Shown here piece by piece: positions 11,133 to 23,403 of a stretch of DNA of 38,550 nucleotides. The first letter of the stretch is position 1. Each line of letters opens with the position of its first letter. This DNA comes from Nemertoderma westbladi (taxonomy: Eukaryota > Animalia > Xenacoelomorpha): contig JAUCBJ010000499.1 in the NCBI GenBank assembly GCA_032718475.1, positions 1 to 38,550 on the forward strand. The letters run 5' to 3'. The notes under the pieces are model-generated. The model searched no databases. It was not told the DNA's origin and saw nothing but the letters and a program-made list of their open reading frames with translations. A program made the translations under genes and the position numbers.

Positions 11133-13147
11133 AATCACTTATTAAATACCCGTTACAACTACAGGAGTATAGTCGAGGAGTACAGTACAGCATCTGTAAA
11201 TGCCATATCAACAGTAACAGCCAATCACTTATTAAATACCCGTTACAGCTACAGGAGTACAGTCGAGGAGTACAGTTACAGCATCTGTAAATGCCATACA
11301 ACAGTAACAGCCAATCACTTATTAAATACCCGTTACAGCTACAGGAGTACAGTCGAGAGGAGTACAGTACAGCATCTGTAAATGCCATACAACAGTAACA
11401 GCCAATCACTTATTAAATACCCGTTACAGCTACAGGAGTACAGTCAAGGAGTACAGTACAGCATCTGTAAATGCCATACAACAGTAACAGCCAATCACTT
11501 ATTAAATACCCGTTACAGCTACAGGAGTACAGTCGAGGAGTACAGTACAGCATCTGTAAATGCCATACAACAGTAACAGCCAATCACTTATTAAATACTT
11601 GATTATGATGATTATTTAGTAGTACTTATTAAATACCCGTTACAGCTACAGGAGTACAGTCGAGAAGTACAGTGTACAGCATATGTAAATGCAATACAAC
11701 AGTAACAGCCAATCACTTATTAAAAATCCGTTACAGCTACAGGAGTACAGTCAAGGAGTACAGTACAGTATCTGTAATCTGTAAATGCCATACAACAGTA
11801 ACAGCCAATCACTTATTAAATACCCGTTACAGCTACAGGAGTACAGTCAAGGAGTACAGTACAGCATCTGTAAATGCCATACAACACTAACAGCCAATCA
11901 CTTATTAAATACCCGTAACAGCTACAGGAGTACAGTCGAGAAGTACAGTACAGCATCTGTAAATGCCATATAACAGTAACAGCCAATCACTTATTAAATA
12001 CCCGTTACAGCTACAGGAGTACAGTCGAGGAGTACAGTACAGCATCTGTAAATGCCATACAACAGTAACAGCCAATCACTTATTAAATACCCGTTACAGC
12101 TACAGGAGTACAGTCGAGGAGTACAGTACAGCATCTGTAAATGCCATACAACAGTAACAGCCAATCACTTATTAAATACCCGTTACAGCTACAGGAGTAC
12201 AGTCAAGGAGTACAGTACAGCATCTAGTAAATGCCATACAACAGTAACAGCCAATCACTTATTAAATACCCGTTACAGCTACAGGAGTACAGTCGAGAAG
12301 TACAGTACAGCATCTGTAAATGCCATACAACAGTAACAGCCAATCACTTATTAAATACCCGTTACAGCTACAGGAGTACAGTCAAGGAGTACAGTACAGC
12401 ATCTGTAAATGCCATACAACAGTAACAGCCAATCACTTATTAAATACCCGTTACAGCTACAGGAGTACAGTCAAGGAGTACAGTACAGCATCTATAAATG
12501 CCATACAACAGTAACAGCCAATCACTTATTAAATACCCGTTACAGCTACAGGAGTACAGTCGAGGAGTACAGTACAGCATCTGTAAATGCCATACAACAG
12601 TAACAGCCAATCACTTATTAAATACCCGTTACAGCTACAGGAGTACAGTCGAGGAGTACAGTACAGCATCTGTAAATGCCATACAACAGTAACAGCCAAT
12701 CACTTATTAAATACCCGTTACAGCTACAGGAGTACAGTCAAGGAGTACAGTACAGCATCTATAAATGCCATACAACAGTAACAGCCAATCACTTATTAAA
12801 TACCCGTTACAGCTACAGGAGTACAGTCAAGGAGTACAGTACAGCATCTATAAATGCCATACAACAGTAACAGCCAATCACTTATTAAATACCCGTTACA
12901 GCTACAGGAGTACAGTCGAGGAGTACAGTACAGCATCTGTAAATGCCATACAACAGTAACAGCCAATCACTTATTAAATACCCGTTACAGCTACAGGAGT
13001 ACAGTCAAGGAGTACAGTACAGCATCTGTAAATGCCATACAACAGTAACAGCCAATCACTTATTAAATACCCGTTACAGCTACAGGAGTACAGTCAAGGA
13101 GTACAGTACAGCATCTGTAAATGCCATACAACAGTAACAGCCAATCA
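11133..13147. repeat. 89-bp tandem repeat, about 22 copies
   Basis: Unit aatcacttattaaatacccgttacagctacaggagtacagtc[g/a]aggagtacagtacagcatctgtaaatgccatacaacagtaacagcc. The ORF track shows the 89-bp period. One interruption near 11598-11625. Confidence 0.97.
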
Positions 13148-13465
13148 GACATCCAAACGGTCGAAGCTTCGGGCTGTTACTGGTAGGCCAGCAACATAAA
13201 AGTCAGAAAAATAATGTTTATATTTGTTTTTTTTGTCCGTAATCTGCAACGGTACGACCGTCGCACATGTTTGAAATATTGTGGCTGTTATTTCGCCTTA
13301 AATTACTAATAAATTTTGAATTATTTTCACCAATTTTGCGTTAAAATTTACTAAAATAATTCATTTACATAAATAACAATAAATTCAAAACATAATATTT
13401 ATATGTTTTAAAGGGAATTTCGCCCGACTTCGTACCATTGAGTGAATGTTGCAGGATACAGTAGT

Positions 13466-13760
13466 GGACTTTTCTTTACTGGACTTTTACGGGCTTTAGA
13501 CTTTTACGGGCTTTCGACTTTTACGGGCTTTAGACTTTTACGGGCTTTCGACTTTTACGTGACTTTCGACTTTTACGGGCTTTCGACTTTTACCGGACTT
13601 TCGACTTTTACGGACTTTCGACTTTTTACGGGTATTAGACTTTTAACGGGGTTTCGACTTTTACGGGCTTTCGACTTTTACGGACTTTCGACTTTTACGG
13701 ACTTTAGACTTTTTACGGGTATTAGACTTTTAACGGGCTTTCGACTTTTACGGGCTTTCT
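13466..13760. repeat. About 17-bp tandem repeat (cttttacgggctttcga)
   Basis: Visible directly; about 16-17 variant units. Confidence 0.9.
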
Positions 13761-14396
13761 CTAACAAAAACGAAAATAATAAACGTTCTTGGCAAACTAA
13801 GGTAAAGGTAAGATGGAACATCGTACCTGGGTATGGTTTTTCCTAACCAAAACAATAAACATCATTTCTATTGAGGGTAAGGAACTGGTCGTATACGTTA
13901 TATATATATATATATATATATATACTGTACCTTTATCATAAATAAAAAGCACACCCACACCCCCTATCCCTATCCCTATACTTCATATTAGTATTAAATA
14001 TGTTACTAGCCTAATTAAAACACACTAGACTAAGCAGGTAGAGGGTAGGATGAACCCGAAACAACGTTATTACTTGGTCGGATACCTCGATTATGTTAAA
14101 TAAAGGCGGGATATTCAAACTTTATATAAATAATACTGCTGTACAACAGCTGCTGAGCTGTAGGCCTATGCGGTACCACTACTGCACTACTACCGACTAT
14201 CGACATAAACTCGAAACTATAGGACTACAGTACAGATTACTCGATGTACAGATATCCCTGATTCCTGCATTCACTACAGAACATTAATTATGATTACTTT
14301 CTTCTTTGATGTCACAACTCACAAGACTATGAACCGTCAATGCTTGCAAGCTTGTTTGTATAGGCCTATTAATAGTAAGTTTAGTAGGGTTCCTGC

Positions 14397-15104
14397 ATGG
14401 TTCCGGTAATGGACGATGCATATGATGAGTCAGGGAATAACGTGTTCACCCGGTCGATAGAATCATTCCTACACCCAGAAAGCCCATTACATATCGCACA
14501 ACGCTACGTTGGTGACGTAGGCTGTGTAGTCTGGGACGCTGCCTTGTCTCTGTGCGCCTACATGGAAACGCCAGACTTCGCGTCTCGTCTGACTCTGCCT
14601 ATCACACCCAATATAATCGGCAGACCGTTAGCTGGTCTAACCGCTCTGGAACTAGGGGCGGGCACCGGTGCGCTAGGTCTACGCGCGTTTCAACTGGGAG
14701 CACGTGACGTCACTGTCACTGATTTACCCGACTTACTACCACTAATTAACGACAACATTAATCTGAACTCTCATTGTGCTGGTGGACGTATAAAGGCCGA
14801 GGTATTGATTTGGGGCCAAGATGTATCGAGTTTCCAACCACCTGATTTGCTTTTACTATCTGATTGTATTTACTACAAGGAATCTTTGAACTCATTAGTC
14901 TCGACTATCACTGAACTGTCTTCCAATAAAACTGATGTTGTTATGAGTTACGAATCCAGAACGACGGGCAATAAAGCGGCTTTGGAGAGGGAATTTTTAG
15001 AGTTGATATCAAAGATTTTTACGATTCGTGAGATTCCTCTGTCATGTCACCATGTGGAGTTTTGTTGCCAAGATATTCACATTCTTTGGTTAAACAAACG
15101 CTGA
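14397..15104 (+). CDS. VCPKMT: VCP lysine methyltransferase (METTL21D), 235 aa, nested on the same strand in a GALNS intron
   Basis: VGCVVWDAA, SAM-binding LELGAGTG, VTDL, DCIYY and the YESRTTGN...DIHILW tail are characteristic of VCPKMT. Start could be ATG 14397 or 14409. AATAAA at 15455-15460. Confidence 0.9.
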   Translation: MVPVMDDAYDESGNNVFTRSIESFLHPESPLHIAQRYVGDVGCVVWDAALSLCAYMETPDFASRLTLPITPNIIGRPLAGLTALELGAGTGALGLRAFQLGARDVTVTDLPDLLPLINDNINLNSHCAGGRIKAEVLIWGQDVSSFQPPDLLLLSDCIYYKESLNSLVSTITELSSNKTDVVMSYESRTTGNKAALEREFLELISKIFTIREIPLSCHHVEFCCQDIHILWLNKR

Positions 15105-15931
15105 ATGTTCATGTACGTTTTCAATTTGGTTTCGGCGAACAATCGAACCTTGGTTGTTAGGTTTCAGTTTAGTTACGAATAATATGTGTTTTAATGTCGT
15201 GGAATAGAATAACTTGTTTGCAGATTAATGTTTCTAGTTTAGAAATGCTGTACTTACTGGAGGAATATTTTGTGGTTGTTTATATTCGGTTTTGTGTCCC
15301 TACCACTCATAAGTGACCCTGATTGGCACATTATATGATATAATATTTTGATCAGCTTTTTACAAAGTGTAATATTTTTTGTAATGTTTCTTGTTTTCTG
15401 AAAAAAACGAAGTTTTTCGATTGAAGTCTCAGTTTTTTGCAGGGGTTTCTATTTAATAAATAATATTTATTATTATTTTATTTTTCTGTGTAGTTTATTC
15501 ATTTACCGGTATTAAATCATAATAATTTTATCAGCGCACTCTCTCATGTAGGTCAGTAACCCTAGGTTGTGTATATATATTTATACTTCAAGAGTTAATT
15601 CGACAATTATATAAATACCAACGCGAAGTATCGAACCACTTGCGGCAACCAGAAAATCCCGTTTTTTAGTTTTCGCAATTACCTATAAGGCTTTACGCCA
15701 CTCTTACTCCCAAGACCCACTATATAACCGTATTTAAGCCAGCAAGCTATGTAAAGTTCATTGCTTATTTGGTTTATCCTGCGTCGCGAACCACGGCCTA
15801 CAGTACTAAAGTTTTTCTGTAGTAGCTGTAGGCCATTCTCGAACTAACACCATCCAAATCCCTGAAGTACGAAGTCTCCCTACCAAACCAGCTCCATCAG
15901 CTCCATTGATTTCCTTCTTGTGTTTCCACAG

Positions 15932-16173
15932 GTACGGTGACGCGGTTATGGAGCTCGATTACGGAGTAGGAAAGATTCTGGAAACGATTGCGTTACCATG
16001 GCATTCACGAGCAAACCTTTGTGTTTTTTACTTCGGATAACGGCGCGGCTGTGGTTGGGAAGGGAATGGCCGGGAGTAATGGTCCCTTCCTGTGTGGGAA
16101 AGAGACAACGTTCGAAGGAGGCCTACGGGAACCGGGTTTAGCGTGGTGGCCCGGAACCATAAAACCGGGACAG
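15932..16173 (+). CDS. GALNS: GALNS exon: [17 protein letters not shown] / [21 protein letters not shown]...[34 protein letters not shown], with an apparent +1 frameshift near 15982-15987
   Basis: Acceptor tttccacag ends at 15931; donor gttggc starts at 16174. Contains sulfatase motifs FTSDNG and GKxTTFEGG. The two halves lie in different reading frames. Confidence 0.9.
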
Positions 16174-16278
16174 GTTGGCTGATACGGATACGGTAATGAA
16201 TCGGTTGTAAACAACCCGACAACCACTGCCGTCAACGACAATTATGAAACTATAACCTGTCATCATGGCTCGTTTATT

Positions 16279-16531
16279 GAGACAGGGGGGGGGGGGGGGG
16301 GGGGGGACTGGACGCAAATCCCGCCTTGGCGAACTAATATCCCGCCTCAATGTTGAATTCTCAATTTAGGGAAAGGAGCAGGTTACAGTGGCACGTTGTT
16401 TTAACCAAAACTCAATAGAACAGGTTACAGTTAAATTTTTGAGAATAATCATCTGTTATTTGCGTCGAATTTCCCCTGGAGAGGGATGCATTTTTATTGC
16501 GTCCATCCCCCCCCCCCCCCCCCCCCCCCCA
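16279..16531. mobile_element. Poly-G/C-ended MITE family, inverted copy
   Basis: Near reverse complement of 5619-5875. Confidence 0.75.
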
Positions 16532-16810
16532 TATGCGTTTATTATTTTGGTTAGAATAACCTTCCATTGTAATCTGTTCAGTTTTCTTCAATTGACAATT
16601 ACATTAATTAGTGTTAATAATGTTTGTCGGATTTGGTTGTCGGACCATCTGAAAAACCATTTAAAAAAAGCTGACAAAATTGTTTATAAATTAGATTCGT
16701 TTCTGTAATAATAATTGTTCATGATATAGGAATCAAAAATTAATAATAATTTATAATTAGTGTATTACTGATATCCATTAAATGTTTTTGTCATTGGTTT
16801 CTAACAACAG

Positions 16811-17053
16811 GTGACCCATCAGCCGTCGACTGTGATGGATCTGTTCACCACGGTTCTGGATATCGGTAAGGTACCGAAACCGACCGACAGACAGATCGAC
16901 GGACAATCCCTTCTACCGCTACTCCTACACGGAAACACTGATAATAACCGACCTATATTCTATTACCGTGGCAACGAGTTGATGGCTGTTCGTGTTGGAA
17001 TATACAAAGCTCATTACTGGACCTGGACTAACTCCATCAAGGAATTCAACACG
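16811..17053 (+). CDS. GALNS: GALNS exon: VTHQPSTVMDLFTT...IDGQSLLPLL...RPIFYYRGNELMAVRVGIYKAHYWTWTNSIKEFNT
   Basis: Acceptor aacag ends at 16810; first donor gttagt at 17054; 243 nt, phase 0-0. Matches GALNS RPIFYYRG...KAHFWTWTNS. Confidence 0.92.
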
Positions 17054-20000
17054 GTTAGTAGTTACTGGACCTGGACTAACTCCATCAAGGAATTCAACTC
17101 GGTTAGTAGTTACTGGACCTGGACTAACTCCAAGGAATTCAACTCGGTTAGTAGTTACTGAACCTGGACTAACTCCATCAAGGAATTCAACTCGGTTTGT
17201 AGTTACTGGACCTGGACTAACTCCAAGGAATTCAACTCGGTTAGTAGTTACTGGACCTGGACTAACTCCAAGGAATTCAACTCGGTTAGTAGTTACTGGA
17301 CCTGGACTAACTCCATCAAGGAATTCAACACGGTTAGTAGTTACTGGACCTGGACTAACTCCATCAAGGAATTCAACTCGGTTAGTAGTTACTGGACCTG
17401 GACTAACTCCAAGGAATTCAACTCGGTTAGTAGTTACTGAACCTGGACTAACTCCATCAAGGAATTCAACTCGGTTAGTAGTTACTGGACCTGGACTAAC
17501 TCCACCGGGAATTCAACTCGGTTAGTAGTTACTGGACCTGGACTAACTCCAAGGAATTCAACTCGGTTAGTAGTTACTGGACCTGGACTAACTCCATCAA
17601 GGAATTCAACACGGTTAGTAGTTACTGGACCTGGACTAACTCCATCAAGGAATTCAACACGGTTAGTAGTTACTGGACCTGGACTAACTCCATCGTGAAT
17701 TCAACTCGGTTAGTAGTTACTGGACCCGGACTAACTCCAAGGAATTCCACTCGGTTAGTAGTTACTGGACCTGGACTAACTCCATCAAGGAATTCAACTC
17801 GGTTAGTAGTTACTGGACCTGGACTAACTCCAAGGAATTCAACTCGGTTAGTAGTTACTGAACCTGGACTAACTCCATCAAGGAATTCAACTCGGTTAGT
17901 AGTTACTGGACCTGGACTAACTCCACCGGGAATTCAACTCGGTTAGTAGTTACTGGACCTGGACTAACTCCAAGGAATTCAACTCGGTTAGTAGTTACTG
18001 GACCTGGACTAACTCCATCAAGGAATTCAACTCGGTTAGTAGTTACTGGACCTGGACTAACTCCATCAAGGAATTCAACACGGTTAGTAGTTACTGGACC
18101 TGGACTAACTCCATCAAGGAATTCAACACGGTTAGTAGTTACTGGACCTGGACTAACTCCACCGGGAATTCAACTCGGTTAGTAGTTACTGGACCTGGAC
18201 TAACTCCAAGGAATTCAACTCGGTTAGTAGTTACTGGACCTGGACTAACTCCATCAAGGAATTCAACACGGTTAGTAGTTACTGGACCTGGACTAACTCC
18301 ATCGGGAATTCAACTCGGTTAGTAGTTACTGGACCTGGACTAACTCCAAGGAATTCAACTCGGTTAGTAGTTACTGGACCTGGACTAACTCCATCAAGGA
18401 ATTCAACACGGTTAGTAGTTACTGGACCTGGACTAACTCCATCAAGGAATTCAACACGGTTAGTAGTTACTGGACCTGGACTAACTCCACCGGGAATTCA
18501 ACTCGGTTAGTAGTTACTGGACCTGGACTAACTCCAAGGAATTCAACTCGGTTAGTAGTTACTGGACCTGGACTAACTCCATCAAGGAATTCAACACGGT
18601 TAGTAGTTACTGGACCTGGACTAACTCCATCGGGAATTCAACTCGGTTAGTAGTTACTGGACCTGGACTAACTCCAAGGAATTCAACACGTTTGTAGTTA
18701 CTGAACCTGGACTAACTCCATCGGGAATGCAACTCGGTTAGTAGTTCCTGGACCTGGACTAACTCCAAGGAATTTAACTCGGTTAGTAGTTACTGGACCT
18801 GGACTAACTCCAAGGAATTCAACTCGGTTAGTAGTTACTGGACCTGGACTAACTCCATCAAGGAATTCAACACGGTTAGTAGTTACTGGACCTGGACTAA
18901 CTCCATCAAAGAATTCAACTCGGTTAGTAGTTACTGGACCTGGACTAACTCCAAGGAATTCCACTCGGTTAGTAGTTACTGGACCTGGACTAACTCCATC
19001 AAGGAATTCAACTCGGTTAGTAGTTACTGGACCTGGACTAACTCCAAGGAATTCAACTCGGTTATTAGTTACTGGACCTGGACTAACTCCAAGGAATTCC
19101 ACTCGGTTAGTAGTTACTGGACCTGGACTAACTCCATCAAGGATTTCAACTCGGTTAGTAGTTACTGGACCTGGACTAACTCCAAGGAATTCCACTCGGT
19201 TAGTAGTTACTGGACCTGGACTAACTCCATCAAGAAATTCAACTCAGTTAGTAGTTACTGGACCTGGACTAAGTCCAAGGAATTCAACTCGGTTAGTAGT
19301 TACTGGACCTGGACTAACTCCAAGGAATTCAACACGGTTAGTAGTTACTGGACCTGGACTAACTCCAAGGAATTCAACTCGGTTAGTAGTTACTGGACCT
19401 GGACTAACTCCATCAAGGAATTCAACTCGGTTTGTAGTTACTGGACCTGGACTAACTCCAAGGAATTCAACTCGATTAGTAGTTACTGGACCTGGACTAA
19501 CTCCATCAAGGAATTCAACACAGTTAGTAGTTACTGGACCTGGACTAACTCCAAGGAATTAAACTCGGTTAGTAGTTACTGGACCTGGACTAACTCCATC
19601 AAGGAATTCAACTCGGTTAGTAGTTACTGGACCTGGACTAACTCCAAGGAATTCAACTCGGTTAGTAGTTACTGGACCTAGACTAACTCCATCAAGGAAT
19701 TCCACTCGGTTAGTAGTTACTGGACCTGGACTAACTCCATCAAGGAATTCAACTCGGTTAGTATTTACTGGACCTGGACTAACACCAAGGAATTCAACTC
19801 GGTTAGTAGTTACTGAACCTGGACTAACTCCATCAAGGAATTCAACCGTTTAGTAGTTACTAGACCTGGACTAACTCCAAGGAATTCAACTCGGTTAGTA
19901 GTTACTGGACCTGGACTAACTCCAAGGAATTCAACTCGATCAGTAGTTACTGGACCTGGACTAACTCCATCAAGGAATTCAACTCGGTTAGTAGTTACTG

Positions 20001-22207
20001 GACCTGGACTAACTCCAAAGAATTCCACTCGGTTAGTAGTTACTGAACCGGGACTAACTCCATCAAGGAATTCAACTCGGTTAGTAGTTACTGGACCTGG
20101 ACTAACTCCATCAAGGAATTCAACTCAGTTAGTAGTTACTGGACCTGGACTAACTCCAAGGAATTCAACTCGGTTAGTAGTTACTGGACCTGGACTAACT
20201 CCATCAAGGAATTCAACCGTTTAGTAGTTACTACAAAAAAAAAGTTTTTTACTAAGTAGTTACTGGACCTGGACTAACTCCATCAAGGAATTCAACTCGG
20301 TTAGTAGTTACTGGACCTGGACTAACTCCAAGGAATTCAACTCGGTTAGTAGTTACTGAACCTGGACTAACTCCATCAAGGAATTCAACCGTTTAGTAGT
20401 TACTGGACCTGGACTAACTCCATCAAGGAATTCAACTCGGTTAGTAGTTACTGGACCTGGACTAACTCCAAGGAATTCAACTCGGTTAGTAGTTACTGAA
20501 CCTGGACTAACTCCATCAAGGAATTCAACCGTTTAGTAGTTACTACAAAAAAAAAAGTTTTTTACTAGAGTAGTTTTTTACTAAGTAGTTACTAGACCTG
20601 GACTAACTCCAAGGAATTCAACTCGGTTAGTAGTTACTGGACCTGGACTAACTCCAAGGAATTCAACTCGATTAGTAGTTACTGGACCTGGACTAACTCC
20701 ATCAAGGAATTCATCTCGGTTAGTAGTTACTGGACCTGGACTAACTCCAAGGAATTCAACTCGGTTAGTAGTTACTGGACCTGGACTAACTCCAAGGAAT
20801 TCAACTCGGTTAGTAGTTACTGGACCTGGACTAACTCCAAGGAATTCAACTCGGTTAGTAGTTACTGGACCTGGACTAACTCCAAGGAATTCAACTCGGT
20901 TAGTAGTTACTGAACCTGGACTAACTCCATCAAGGAATTCAACCGTTTAGTAGTTACTACAAAAAAAAAAAGTTTTTTACTAGAGTAGTTTTTTACTAAG
21001 TAGTTACTAGACCTGGACTAACTCCAAGGAATTCAACTCGGTTAGTAGTTACTGGACCTGGACTAACTCCAAGGAATTCAACTCGATTAGTAGTTACTGG
21101 ACCTGGACTAACTCCATCAAGGAATTCATCTCGGTTAGTAGTTACTGGACCTGGACTAACTCCAAGGAATTCAACTCGGTTAGTAGTTACTGGACCTGGA
21201 CTAACTCCAAGGAATTCAACTCGGTTAGTAGTTACTGGACCTGGACTAACTCCAAGGAATTCAACTCGGTTAGTAGTTACTGGACCTGGACTAACTCCAA
21301 GGAATTCAACTCAGTTAGTAGTTACTGGACCTGGACTAACTCCATCAAGGAATTCAACTCGGTTAGTAGTTACTGGACCTGGACTAACTCCATCAAGGAA
21401 TTCAACTCGGTTAGTAGTTACTGGACCTGGACTAACTCCATCAAGGAATTCCACTCGGTTAGTAGTTACTGGACCTGGACTAACTCCATCAAGGAATTCA
21501 ACTCGGTTAGTAGTTACTGGACCTGGACTAACTCCATCAAGGAATTCAACTCGGTTAGTAGTTACTGGACCTGGACTAACTCCAAGGAATTCAACTCGGT
21601 TAGTAGTTACTGGACCTAGACTAACTCCATCAAGGAATTCCACTCGGTTAGTAGTTACTGGACCTGGACTAACTCCATCAAGGAATTCAACTCGGTTAGT
21701 AGTTACTGGACCTGGACTAACTCCAAGGAATTCAACTCGGTTAGTAGTTACTGGACCTGGACTAACTCCATCAAGGAATTCCACTCGGTTAGTAGTTACT
21801 GGACCTGGACTAACTCCATCAAGGAATTCAACTCGGTTAGTAGTTACTGGACCTGGACTAACTCCAAGGAATTCAACTCGGTTAGTAGTTACTGGACCTG
21901 GACTAACTCCAAGGAATTCAACTCGGTTAGTAGTTACTGGACCTAGACTAACTCCATCAAGGAATTCCACTCGGTTAGTAGTTACTGGACCTGGACTAAC
22001 TCCATCAAGGAATTCCACTCGGTTAGTAGTTACTGGACCTGGACTAACTCCATCAAGGAATTCAACTCGGTTAGTAGTTACTGGACCTGGACTAACTCCA
22101 AGGAATTCAACTCGGTTAGTAGTTACTGGACCTGGACTAACTCCATTAAGGATTTCAACTCGGTTAGTAGTTACTGGACCTGGACTAACTCCTAGGAATT
22201 CAACACG
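17014..22207 (+). repeat. Minisatellite of 48/45-bp units, roughly 105-110 copies, derived from the GALNS exon end plus splice donor
   Basis: Unit ttactggacctggactaactcc(atc)aaggaattcaac[t/a]cg-gttagtag. The first unit is the true exon end. Confidence 0.97.
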
Positions 22208-22856
22208 AAGTATTTGCCATAATGTATTATACTATTATTAGGTCGGCCAGTACAATACAGTAGCATAATAATCATGCATTGTTCTGATAAACCCTATAAT
22301 AGATAAATAAGAGTTAAGATAAATAAGAGTTAAGATAAATAAGAGTTAATTATTAACTCGAAAACTTTGAACTCAGTTGTAATCTCATCAATCGATAATG
22401 TGACCTGTTCCCTCTTTTGATAGTTTAACTTCTCCAATAAAGTAAACCACACCAACCGTTTAGGGGACCCACTACTAGTCCCTCACTCAGTCCGGGAGTA
22501 ATCAGTGATTAGCTGGGCAGTTTAGTAAGCTGATCGCGATCGTTAGGTTTAATTTATCTTTAGCTTATCGGTTATTTCATTGCCGATTTTCCCTTTGAGA
22601 TACTTTAACTCCTCTGTCGCCCTTCCTTAGCTTTGTTTTCCCTATAGAAAATGAATCCCTCTTGGATGAGGATGGTGTGATAGGAGGGTGATAACTGTCT
22701 AACTGGTCATTAATCTGGTCGCCATTAGTTTTATTATATTACCTATATATTATTATCATAATATAAATTATAATTAATTAAACAGGACTAAGGATGATCC
22801 AACTCTATAGCAAATGGAGCTGAAAAAATGAATTCGCCACCAGCGGGGATTATCAT

Positions 22857-23149
22857 AATATACAATGTAAATAGGACAATATGATAATGCTCTCCGTAGC
22901 GAAAAATATCAACCGGCCCTATTGGGGCTCGTACCCGGTACCTAGGTTTCAAACTTCTGGTTATCATCAGCCGGGTGAGTGTACTGAGCTGCCAGACCGG
23001 ATGAATATTTCACCATGGAGTAGGAGATCATATTAAGGCCATACAATCACTCAAAGTAAAGTACAACTTTCGTTCGAGCCCCAACAGGGCCGGTTGATTT
23101 TTTTCGCTATGGAGAGCATTATCATATTGTCCTATTTACATTGTATATT
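22857..23149 (-). mobile_element. tRNA-like hammerhead element with an inverted duplicate of its 3' part
   Basis: 22857-22935 is the near reverse complement of 23072-23149. On the minus strand an A-box-like TGGCAGCTCAGT and a B-box-like GGTACGAGCCC (GTTCGAGCCC in the inverted copy) flank the hammerhead. Confidence 0.65.
22933..22976 (-). ncRNA. Hammerhead ribozyme of a second family, possibly degenerate
   Basis: Minus strand reads ACCCGG-CUGAUGA-UAACCAGAAGUUU-GAA-ACCUAGGU-A^CCGGGU: 6-bp stem I, full core, palindromic stem III. Stem II is weak, with U-U where G-C is usual. Confidence 0.72.
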
Positions 23150-23403
23150 TGATTCACCGCGTCACTCGCCCCACAACAATTCACTTATTATCATACTCGA
23201 GTGATTTAGGATGACTTTGTTTCTGGGTCTTCCATGTCCAGCCCAGGCTTTCGATATAACTTCCCGGTAAATCGGTCTCATTTTACTGAATCGCTCTTTT
23301 CATTTTATATACTACTACGCTCGGACATTCATTCGATTTAATCAGAGTAAAATCAATCTATTTCACCGAATCTTACCTAACACCTGTTCTCTGTTTTATT
23401 CAG

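Noticed and set aside
11072-13137. Series of 62-99 aa ORFs (MPYNSNSQ...)
   Set aside because: They are translations of the 89-bp repeat, whose period is not a multiple of 3.
13442-13846. 134-aa ORF
   Set aside because: It is mostly a translation of the 17-bp repeat.
16388-16708. Poly-proline ORFs (also 16138-16350 and 26765-26968)
   Set aside because: They arise from the poly-C/G ends of the MITE copies.
17014-22207. CRISPR array or repeat-protein gene (ORFs such as 16992-17525 and 21311-22018)
   Set aside because: There are no unique spacers and no cas genes, and the context is eukaryotic. The ORFs follow from unit lengths divisible by 3.
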